Under the pieces are notes generated by a model, which did no database searches, had not been told where the DNA came from, and saw only the letters and a list, made by a program, of their open reading frames with translations. Shown in pieces: positions 55,997 to 64,000 of a stretch of 64,000 nucleotides of DNA (position 1 is its first letter; the number at the start of each line of letters is the position of its first letter). The stretch covers positions 17,938 through 81,937 of the forward strand of contig CAIWTN010000088.1 in assembly GCA_903915625.1 (NCBI GenBank), given 5' to 3'. The translations under genes were made by a program, and so were the position numbers. The stretch comes from an uncultured Pseudomonadota bacterium. GTDB taxonomy: Bacteria; Bdellovibrionota_B; Oligoflexia; Oligoflexales; CAIYRB01.

Positions 55997-57406
55997 TCAC
56001 TTCTGCAAATAACGCTCGATAGCAACCGCAGCTTGTCTGCCCTCTGCAATTGCCCATACGATTAGCGATGCGCCGCGCCGCGCATCACCCGCAACAAATA
56101 CGCCAGGCAAAGTCGTCATACCGTTGCTGTCACCAGCAAGAGTCCCATTTGGACGTTGAACTAATCCAGGCGTAGAACTAGCGAAGCCTTCTGGCACACC
56201 AACAAAGCCGATAGCGAGTAAGACTAAATCGACATCAAGAGTGAACTCGGTGCCCGGCTTATGAACGACCTGGCCATCCCGCAACTCGCACTGAATTGCA
56301 TGTAGTTGCTGAACCTTGCCGTCTTGACCAGAAAAACCCGTAGTGATCACCCCGAAAATTCGTTCACAGCCCTCTTCATGAGCATGCGATACCTTTAAGT
56401 TCTTCGATGGAAGCGGCCAGAGTGAGTCACTGGCTCCCTTCACATCGGGCACTGCTGATAACGAGAGTTCGTGAATACTTTTGGCGCCTTGACGTCGGGC
56501 GGTGCCAATACAGTCGGAACCTGTGTCACCTCCACCGATCACTACTACCCGCTTGCCTTTAGCGCTGATGGTTGGCGGTGAACTCTCACCACTGTGAGCT
56601 CTATTTTGCTGACAAAGATAGTCCATCGCTAAATGGACGCCACCCAACTCACGTCCAGGAGTCACTAGATCGCGCGGTGCTTCGGCCCCGACAGCAAGAA
56701 GGACAGCATCGTAGTCGCGGCGAAGATCTTCGAGCGAGCGATCTTTTCCGATCGTCACACCCATCACGAACTCGACGCCTTCCGCTTCCATTTGCTGAAT
56801 CCGGCGGTCAACGACACTCTTTGCCATTTTAAAATCGGGAATTCCGTACCTTAACAGACCGCCCGGATGTTTAGCCTTGTCGAAAACACTCACTTGAAAT
56901 CCACGGCGCCTTAATTGCTGCGCAGCGGCAAGACCAGCCGGTCCGGAGCCAACAATAGCAACTCGCTCCGGCCTCAGCACGGCAGGGACCCGCGGCGAGA
57001 CCCAGCCAGATCCGAACCCTCGCTCTATGATAGCCAATTCAATTTCACGAATCGTCACCGGCGATTGCTCGCGATTTAGCACACAGGCATTCTCACAGGG
57101 CGCAGGACAAAGAAAGCCAGTAAACTCAGGAAAATTGTTTGTAGCGTGAAGAGAATGTAGCGCCTCGTGCCAATGTCCTCGCGACACCATGTCATTCCAT
57201 TCGGGAATTACATTGTGTACCGGGCAACCGAAGTCACTCTGGCAGAATGGAACACCACAATCCATGCAGCGGCCAGCCTGACGGGCGCTTTTCTCATAAG
57301 GTACTTTTTTAGGCCCTATGTATTGCCAATCATGAGCTCTCTCCTGAATGGGACGATAAGGCGTCTTTTCACGTGGAATCTTCAGAAAACCAGTTGGCTC
57401 AGACAT
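55997..57406 (-). CDS. gltD: Glutamate synthase small (beta) subunit
   Basis: Start at MSEPTGFLKIPRE... N-terminal Fe-S Cys cluster (CMDCGVPFC). Two dinucleotide folds (VAIVGSGPAGLAAA, VVVIGGGDTGSDC). The track's 58-aa N-terminal extension overlaps gltB. Confidence 0.93.
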   Translation of the reverse strand: MSEPTGFLKIPREKTPYRPIQERAHDWQYIGPKKVPYEKSARQAGRCMDCGVPFCQSDFGCPVHNVIPEWNDMVSRGHWHEALHSLHATNNFPEFTGFLCPAPCENACVLNREQSPVTIREIELAIIERGFGSGWVSPRVPAVLRPERVAIVGSGPAGLAAAQQLRRRGFQVSVFDKAKHPGGLLRYGIPDFKMAKSVVDRRIQQMEAEGVEFVMGVTIGKDRSLEDLRRDYDAVLLAVGAEAPRDLVTPGRELGGVHLAMDYLCQQNRAHSGESSPPTISAKGKRVVVIGGGDTGSDCIGTARRQGAKSIHELSLSAVPDVKGASDSLWPLPSKNLKVSHAHEEGCERIFGVITTGFSGQDGKVQQLHAIQCELRDGQVVHKPGTEFTLDVDLVLLAIGFVGVPEGFASSTPGLVQRPNGTLAGDSNGMTTLPGVFVAGDARRGASLIVWAIAEGRQAAVAIERYLQK

Positions 57407-60400
57407 GGCGATGAACCTCGTGCGACACAGGGCGGCGAGCCGGTGAGACAGGTGCTGTCGCCGCCTTCTTTTGATCAGAAGTGCATTCTTTTTTTGGAGA
57501 AATTTTGACGAATTTTGGCAGATGCCAATCCCAGTTAGCCATGATCGCCGACGCCTTTGCACTATGCGTGTGACCAACATGGCGGTTTATAATCTGCCTA
57601 AGTAGCACTGCATCGGACTGATCCACATCGGATGTCATCCGCTGAATATCCACCATTCCAGTGTTACAGCGCAGATGGAATAGTCCGTCCGTATCTAAAA
57701 CAAAAGCCAGGCCGCCCGACATGCCGGCACCAAAATTACGACCGACAGGACCTAGGACAACGACAACTCCACCAGTCATATATTCACAACCGTGATCACC
57801 GACGCCTTCGACGACAGCCAGAGCTCCGCTGTTTCGAACGGCAAAGCGTTCTCCTGCTGTTCCTGCGACAAATAGCGATCCTGACGTGGCTCCGTATAAG
57901 GTAGTGTTACCAATCAGTACTGGGGCCTCCTGATCAAACAAAGCCTGACGAGGAGGCGCCACGATCAGCCTGCCGCCGCTGAGTCCCTTGCCTACATAGT
58001 CATTTGCTGCCCCGACCAAATAAGCGCTAACTCCACCGGCTAGAAAAGCTCCAAACGACTGACCGGCAGTTCCTTCAAAACGCAGCGTAATACTACCGTC
58101 TGCTAGCCCGCCTGCACCGTACCGCCTAGCAATCTCGCCCGACAATAATGCGCCTGTAGAGCGTTGAGCGTTATTAATACGACGCGACAGCACTACCGGA
58201 GTCTTGTCTTCCAAGGCTGGTCGACATTGAGATAAGAGAGACTCATCGTAATCATCTGGCCTGAAACCTGCGGCAACGACCACAGCCCTGTGCTCAACCT
58301 CTGGCCTATGCAGAAGTGGCGACAAATCGATATGCTGAGATTTTGCCGGGCCTTCCATGCGTCTCTGATGCAATAGATCGGTGCGTCCCACCAGCTCACT
58401 AAACGATTTGATGCCAAGATTGGCCATGATCGATCGGGCCTCTTCTGCAACAAAAAAGAAGTAATTAATCACATGCTCAGGCTTGCCGCTAAAGCGCTTT
58501 CTTAGCTCTGGATCTTGCGTGGCGATACCCACTGGACAAGTATTCAAGTGACACTTGCGCATCATAATACAGCCCTGCACGATGAGAGGAGCCGTAGAGA
58601 AACCAAATTCATCTGCACCTAACATCGCTGCAATGACAACATCACGACCAGTACGAAGTTGACCATCAGTCTCCAGAACTACTCGGTCGCGCAAACGATT
58701 AATGATCAACGTCTGATGCACTTCAGCTAGGCCTAGCTCCCAAGGTGCTCCAGCATGTTTAATTGAGCTGAGAGGTGAAGCACCGGTGCCACCATTGTCG
58801 CCGCTAATCAAAATCTTATTTGCACCGGCTTTAGCCACGCCTACAGCAACCGCACCAATTCCAGCCTCAGAAACCAGTTTTACCGAAATACGTGCACGGG
58901 GATTGGCATTTTTAAGATCGAAAATCAGTTGTGCCAAATCTTCGATTGAGTAGATGTCGTGGTGGGGCGGCGGAGAAATCAGTGAAACACCAGGAGTCGA
59001 GTGTCGAAGCTTTGCAATCTGGGCATCTACTTTATGACCAGGCAGCTGACCGCCCTCACCCGGCTTAGCTCCTTGCGCTATCTTGATCTGGATTTCATAG
59101 GCATTGATCAAATAATGAATCGTTACGCCGAAACGACCGGAGGCAACTTGTTTAATCGCAGAATTCTGCGAATTGTCTTTACTAACTGAAGCAAAGCGAG
59201 CTGGATCCTCCCCACCTTCGCCAGTATTACTCTTACCACCAATACGGTTCATCGCGACGGCGAGTGCTTCATGGGATTCCTGGCTGATCGCACCAAGTGA
59301 CATGGCACCCGTCGTGAATCGCTTAACGAGATCTGCTGCGGACTCAACATCGGCAAGCTCAATCGGTGCCTTTGTAGACACTGGCGCAAGTAAATGGCGC
59401 AAGGCTAGAGGCGAACCGACGTCTGCGTTGGCAATTGCTTGAAAATCCGAATAGGCCTTAAAGCTGTTCGTGATCGTTGCATGCTGTAAAGTCGCGATAG
59501 CTTCTGGACTCCAGCTATGAGTCTCGCCGGCGTTTCTGTAGTGAACATAGCCACCAGGAGGCGGCAAATCCCCAACAGATGTCGACTTTTTAAACCCTGT
59601 AATGTGGCGTGTGAGCGTTTCCGTCGCTAGCTCGTTAAGCGTTAGCCCACCTATCCGTGCGCTGGTGTCGGGAAAATAATCATCAATGAGTTCGTCCGAC
59701 AGTCCGATCGCTTCGAAAATCTGCGCCCCACAGTACGATTGCAGGGTAGTGATTCCCATCTTAGAGAGGATCTTAGTGACCCCCTTACTGATGGCTTTTA
59801 TATAGCCACTGGTAGCTTCTTGCGATGATACCCGCCGGCTCAGTCCACCTCTTTCCACAAGATTTTTAACACTAGCAAGAGCCAGATACGGAGCTACCGC
59901 GACAGCACCGTATCCAAGCAAACAGGCAAAATGATGTGGGCTACGAGCCTCACCGGTTTCGATAACTAAGTCAGTACGACTACGCAAACCAAGCTTAATC
60001 AAATGATTGTGAACTGCAGAGACCACCAGCAGACTTGGCATAGCAACGTGACTCGCATCAACGCCAAGGTCGCTAAGGATAATTAGAGCCGCCCCGCTTC
60101 TGGCCTCCTTTGCAGCTGTATCAATGAGCTCACTCAGTGCCATCTGCATTCCAGCTAGACCAGTTGCCACTGGAAACAAAGTAGATAATGTTCGCGTTTT
60201 TAATGCTGGTAACCGTTTTAGCTGAGATAGCTCAACAGCTGTTAAAACGGGCGATTCGAGCCTAACCAGTAAGGCTGAGGATGATGGCGGTGCGGCTAAG
60301 TTACCCTTTGCTCCAAGGTACATAGTCAGAGACATAACCATGTCTTCGCGCAAGGGATCGATGGGTGGGTTCGTGACTTGGGCGAACTGCTGTTTAAAAT

Positions 60401-61943
60401 AGTCAAATAGAGGCCTAGCGTTTTGCGACAAGACTGCCAACGGCGTGTCGTCGCCCATGGAGCTGACCGCCTCCTCACCACTCACCGCCATGGCTGCGAG
60501 CGACGTGGTCAATTCCTCTCGCGAATAGCCAAACGCGGTCTGTTGGCGGCTTAAATCTGCGACGACGTCCGGCTCACTTTCCGCACCAGACTCAAGTTGG
60601 GTGATGTGGCGATCTACCCAACCACTGTAATCAAACTGCCCCGCAGCGGTCGCCTTCAACTCAAAGTCGCTGATCACTCGCTGCTGCAGCGTATCGACCA
60701 GCAACATTTCACCTGGTTTAAGCCTACCCCAAATCTTAATCTGCTCCGTAGGAATCGGCAAAACGCCGGCCTCAGAGGCTAAGATAACTGTGTCATCATG
60801 AGTGATTGTGTAACGACATGGTCTGAGTCCGCTACGATCCAAAGCCACCCCAAGCACACGGCCATCTGTGAAACAAAGTGCTGCGGGCCCGTCCCATGGT
60901 TCCATTAACGTAGCGTTATATTCGCAGTAGGAACGACGCGCTTTGTCTAAGAACGTGTTCTTTTGCCAGGCCTCAGGCACCAAAATACGCAGCGCCTCAT
61001 CGATAGACCTTCCGGTCAACATCAGTAACTCAACGGCATCGTCTAGACACGCCGAGTCACTTTGACCTGGAGCAATTAAAGGTCGTAGCTCAGCCGCAAA
61101 TTCACCGAAAAGCTCGTTCGCTAAGGTGACTTCGCGCGCACGGAACCAGTTAATATTGCCGCGGATGGTATTGATTTCACCGTTATGACACAGCCAGCGA
61201 AATGGGTGCGCTAAGCGCCAGGTTGGAAACGTGTTCGTGCTGAAGCGGGAGTGCACTGCCGCCATTGCGGAGGTAAATCGCGGATCAGTAAGATCAAGAA
61301 AGTATGTGGATACCTGCTCAGGCAGCAACATGCCTTTATATACTATGGTATGAACCGACAAGCTCGCCACATGCATGGCACTCGCCGCAGGTCCGAGCTG
61401 CACATTTGCGATATTTTCCGTAAGTCTGCGGGCTAGATATAGACTGCGGTTGAAGGCTAAATCATCATTCTGGGCGCTGCCTCTGCCAATAAACACTTGA
61501 TAAACTGCAGGCTGAACAATAGCGGCAGCTTCGCCCAATACGTCGGTGTCTACAGGGACCGACCGATAGCCCAGCCACTCGAGACCAACTCGCTCACATT
61601 GCTTACGAAAGATCGTTAGGATCTCATTACGCTGTCCGGCATCTGTAGGTAGAAACACCATACCGACCGCATATTCCTCTGCACTCGGAAGAGAGATTCC
61701 AAGTCGCAGGGCAACGTCGACCAGAAACGCGTGAGGCTTTTGAGTGATGATTCCGGCCCCGTCACCAGTCTGCGAGTCGTATCCCTGCGCACCCCGGTGC
61801 CGGAGATTTTGCAGTATCGTTAGGGCCTGCCGAACCACGGTATGACTACGCTCACCCTTGACGTTAACAATCGCGCCAATACCGCAACCATCGCGTTCAA
61901 ACCGTGGATTATAAAGGCCTTGTTGTTGCTGAGTAGTAATCAT
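57399..61943 (-). CDS. gltB: Glutamate synthase large (alpha) subunit
   Basis: Ntn amidotransferase start (ERDGCGIGAIV), an FMN/3Fe-4S central domain and a C-terminal GXGXG beta-helix domain. I chose ATG 61943. Confidence 0.96.
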   Translation of the reverse strand: MITTQQQQGLYNPRFERDGCGIGAIVNVKGERSHTVVRQALTILQNLRHRGAQGYDSQTGDGAGIITQKPHAFLVDVALRLGISLPSAEEYAVGMVFLPTDAGQRNEILTIFRKQCERVGLEWLGYRSVPVDTDVLGEAAAIVQPAVYQVFIGRGSAQNDDLAFNRSLYLARRLTENIANVQLGPAASAMHVASLSVHTIVYKGMLLPEQVSTYFLDLTDPRFTSAMAAVHSRFSTNTFPTWRLAHPFRWLCHNGEINTIRGNINWFRAREVTLANELFGEFAAELRPLIAPGQSDSACLDDAVELLMLTGRSIDEALRILVPEAWQKNTFLDKARRSYCEYNATLMEPWDGPAALCFTDGRVLGVALDRSGLRPCRYTITHDDTVILASEAGVLPIPTEQIKIWGRLKPGEMLLVDTLQQRVISDFELKATAAGQFDYSGWVDRHITQLESGAESEPDVVADLSRQQTAFGYSREELTTSLAAMAVSGEEAVSSMGDDTPLAVLSQNARPLFDYFKQQFAQVTNPPIDPLREDMVMSLTMYLGAKGNLAAPPSSSALLVRLESPVLTAVELSQLKRLPALKTRTLSTLFPVATGLAGMQMALSELIDTAAKEARSGAALIILSDLGVDASHVAMPSLLVVSAVHNHLIKLGLRSRTDLVIETGEARSPHHFACLLGYGAVAVAPYLALASVKNLVERGGLSRRVSSQEATSGYIKAISKGVTKILSKMGITTLQSYCGAQIFEAIGLSDELIDDYFPDTSARIGGLTLNELATETLTRHITGFKKSTSVGDLPPPGGYVHYRNAGETHSWSPEAIATLQHATITNSFKAYSDFQAIANADVGSPLALRHLLAPVSTKAPIELADVESAADLVKRFTTGAMSLGAISQESHEALAVAMNRIGGKSNTGEGGEDPARFASVSKDNSQNSAIKQVASGRFGVTIHYLINAYEIQIKIAQGAKPGEGGQLPGHKVDAQIAKLRHSTPGVSLISPPPHHDIYSIEDLAQLIFDLKNANPRARISVKLVSEAGIGAVAVGVAKAGANKILISGDNGGTGASPLSSIKHAGAPWELGLAEVHQTLIINRLRDRVVLETDGQLRTGRDVVIAAMLGADEFGFSTAPLIVQGCIMMRKCHLNTCPVGIATQDPELRKRFSGKPEHVINYFFFVAEEARSIMANLGIKSFSELVGRTDLLHQRRMEGPAKSQHIDLSPLLHRPEVEHRAVVVAAGFRPDDYDESLLSQCRPALEDKTPVVLSRRINNAQRSTGALLSGEIARRYGAGGLADGSITLRFEGTAGQSFGAFLAGGVSAYLVGAANDYVGKGLSGGRLIVAPPRQALFDQEAPVLIGNTTLYGATSGSLFVAGTAGERFAVRNSGALAVVEGVGDHGCEYMTGGVVVVLGPVGRNFGAGMSGGLAFVLDTDGLFHLRCNTGMVDIQRMTSDVDQSDAVLLRQIINRHVGHTHSAKASAIMANWDWHLPKFVKISPKKECTSDQKKAATAPVSPARRPVSHEVHRHV

Positions 61944-62151
61944 GACGAGGTTATCCAGAGTAACGAGCTGAATCAGTACCCATATATTAGACGAGCCTAA
62001 CATTCGGCCAACCGGCCAATATAAGAAAATATATAATATCTATTTTAAAAATTCATTTTTTGAATGATCTGCTTGGGGGTCAGGCACCGGCTGTAACCTA
62101 CTGTAAACTCGATCACGCCGAGAATTTCTCATCCCCATGCCGCACGGCAAC

Positions 62152-62178
62152 AGGCCCGACCTTTGTGGGGCCGGGCCT
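62152..62178 (-). terminator. GC-rich hairpin downstream of the peroxidase gene
   Basis: AGGCCCG-N13-CGGGCCT. There is no U-run on the minus strand, so it is only a possible terminator. Confidence 0.4.
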
Positions 62179-62205
62179 TAAAATTTTCTGCTGATGAAGT
62201 CAGGA

Positions 62206-63975
62206 TCAAGGACGCAGGGAGTTTTTATCTGTCAGACTGTTTAAAAAATCCTCAATCGCTTTGACTTCTTCGATACCAAGATGATTTGGTTTAGCGACGT
62301 TAGCTCTCTTAATCGAATATCGGGACCGAGGATCGAACCAAGCACCCAGCACCTCTTTTGTTGGCTCAAAGCCCTTGGGCATGATGGCTTCTTTAGTTTG
62401 CCATAGATCGAACCTACGCACCGGATCGTAGTAATGATCAACGAATGCGAAGAGCGTACTGTATGCTCCGCTATGCCCCCAAGGGCCAGTATGCGCAATA
62501 TTTCTCAAAGGTGACGTTTTAAATTTGTAGTTGTCCTTCTTTTTCCTAGTAACGCGACCGTAACCAAAATCACTCCATCCAACTGGCCCATCACCCTCGC
62601 CGGGTCCGATTTGCACCACACCCACAGCATGATGCTGGTAATCTGTTTGGAACGGTCCAGAGTGGCAGCTGCCACAGCCGCCCTTACCATAAAAATAGAA
62701 GGCACCACGCTTTTGGTTCTCGGTTAGAGCTGTCAAATCACCGCGCACGTATGCGTCGAAGGGCGAGTGATCTGCACGCCAGCGGACGGCTTCGAAAGCT
62801 GCAATCGCATTAACTAAATGTTGGATTCCGTAGCCGGTGCCTTTGAACTCAGGATATGCCGCCGCAAACATAGTTTGATATTCCTGCTTGCTGAGCACCC
62901 GAGCCAATATCTCATTCCAAATATCTCTGTAGGACCGAGACTGTTGCGTATTGTTGACGTATGCAGCACAGCCAGCCATCTCCGTTCCGGTTGCCAGTGG
63001 AAACAGCGCCTGAGCAGCAAGTGCACTATCGAGCCCGGGCGGTGTTTCTAAGCCAGCCGGAGTGATATAGCCGTTTATGCCATTCGGCGCCGCCGCCACG
63101 CGACTATCCCAAAACATAGTCCTAAATGACGCGTGGCCCAGATTGAATAAAGCTGGTGGATTGCGCCCTAACAAATCTTTAGGACCGAATGGACCCCGCT
63201 TCTCGCCAGACAGAACAAATCCGGTGGGCGAGAGACTAGAAGCAATAGTCGTCCCCTGCGTCGTGACGTGACAGGAAGCACACGACACACCCTTAGACGA
63301 CGACAGTAACGTGTCGTTAAACAGTCGCTCTCCGAGGGCATATTTAGCGTTACTACCTTTGAAATACTCATTATCAGAGACTGGATACACGCGATATTTT
63401 TTGAAAGCTCCTACTAGAAACTTATCAAACTTGGAAAGGCCGACCACCCCACCAACTGGCCCGCCTTGAGCAGCGCCCCCACCAACTCCAGGGGTCCGGC
63501 ACACTAACGGACTGCACGGTGGGCGCCTGTAAGCAAAGATCGATAAGCCGCCGATGCTGAAACTAGATACATTGCCGTAGTTGTATAGGTAACCTCGGTT
63601 AGCCACTGATAAGACCTGCGGCGTGTAGGTACCGTAGCTGACTTGACCTTGGAAGGGGGCCCAAGCTGGCTCCGACGAGGCCCGATCCAACTCACTGGTG
63701 GCTTCTGAGACTCGAGCCTCAACTCCGCTTTCAAAAGCAACCAATGCTGATTCATCATCAGTAATCAGGGTGTCAGAGGCGGGAATACGCATCTCATTGG
63801 TCGAACCATCACTCCGGACCCCAATTAAGACCGTTTCCGGGAGCGCTTGGTATTCCCTGGCCAATGCGTCGTCGTACTCAGGTGAATCGGAATCGGCCGG
63901 CCCGTTATCTTCTTTGGCACAGGCGACAACGCTTAATATCAAGGCTATTAGAGTCTGAAAGCATGGCTTAAACAT
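62206..63975 (-). CDS. Di-haem cytochrome c peroxidase family lipoprotein with an N-terminal extension of about 200 aa
   Basis: Lipobox SVVAC. Two haem motifs, CASCH and CGSCH, at CCP/MauG-like spacing. Conserved FKTSPLRNI block. Confidence 0.85.
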   Translation of the reverse strand: MFKPCFQTLIALILSVVACAKEDNGPADSDSPEYDDALAREYQALPETVLIGVRSDGSTNEMRIPASDTLITDDESALVAFESGVEARVSEATSELDRASSEPAWAPFQGQVSYGTYTPQVLSVANRGYLYNYGNVSSFSIGGLSIFAYRRPPCSPLVCRTPGVGGGAAQGGPVGGVVGLSKFDKFLVGAFKKYRVYPVSDNEYFKGSNAKYALGERLFNDTLLSSSKGVSCASCHVTTQGTTIASSLSPTGFVLSGEKRGPFGPKDLLGRNPPALFNLGHASFRTMFWDSRVAAAPNGINGYITPAGLETPPGLDSALAAQALFPLATGTEMAGCAAYVNNTQQSRSYRDIWNEILARVLSKQEYQTMFAAAYPEFKGTGYGIQHLVNAIAAFEAVRWRADHSPFDAYVRGDLTALTENQKRGAFYFYGKGGCGSCHSGPFQTDYQHHAVGVVQIGPGEGDGPVGWSDFGYGRVTRKKKDNYKFKTSPLRNIAHTGPWGHSGAYSTLFAFVDHYYDPVRRFDLWQTKEAIMPKGFEPTKEVLGAWFDPRSRYSIKRANVAKPNHLGIEEVKAIEDFLNSLTDKNSLRP

Positions 63976-64000
63976 CTCGGCCTCAAGATTATTTGATTAA

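Noticed and set aside
57407-57580. N-terminal extensions in the ORF track, such as 58 extra aa on gltD. Similar cases occur for tgt-adjacent FAD oxidoreductase, fmt, prmA, the carboxypeptidase, ykgJ, yihY and DUF2959.
   Set aside because: The extensions overlap the upstream gene, lack homology-like sequence, and internal ATGs coincide with family-typical N-termini, signal peptides or RBSs.
1-64000. A search for CRISPR arrays, integrases/transposases, toxin-antitoxin pairs, restriction-modification genes, reverse transcriptases or other defence-island hallmarks.
   Set aside because: None of the ORF translations or intergenic regions showed such signatures. The window reads as core chromosome with uniform composition apart from short AT-rich promoters.

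Overview
This is a dense, largely housekeeping chromosomal segment (~50% GC) from a Gram-negative bacterium. It holds about 55 protein-coding genes. I saw no rRNA or intact tRNA genes, no CRISPR array, and no transposase, integrase, phage or recognisable defence genes. Recognisable genes include lon, hrpB, an ABC-F ATPase, tgt, an RRM RNA-binding protein, a GlpG-like rhomboid, a SorAB-like sulfite dehydrogenase, two divergent membrane fatty-acid desaturases, a sigma54 two-component system, fmt-purN-polyprenyl synthase, lexA, prmA-rsmE, mtnD, an OmpR/HK pair, gltBD and a di-haem cytochrome c peroxidase. The gene content (HelD-like helicase, RRM protein, DUF1554-type lipoprotein, SusC-like TonB receptor, many lipoproteins) is reminiscent of Bdellovibrionota/Oligoflexia/Myxococcota-type genomes, but that is inference only. 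I did not find a convincing novel multi-gene system. The most notable unexplained signals are: (i) four head-to-tail DnaA-box 9-mers at exact 11-bp phasing (46163-46204); (ii) a surface lipoprotein gene split by a frameshift at a C6 tract (32236-32241); (iii) a complete sigma54 circuit (HK, EBP, UAS-like inverted repeat, -24/-12 promoter) driving an 89-aa secreted His/Ala/Pro-rich peptide; (iv) an HtpX homologue that has lost all catalytic and zinc residues; (v) 11-bp phased TGTAA/TTACA repeats placed symmetrically between the two desaturase genes. All functional calls come from by-eye motif recognition on the supplied translations, not from database searches.
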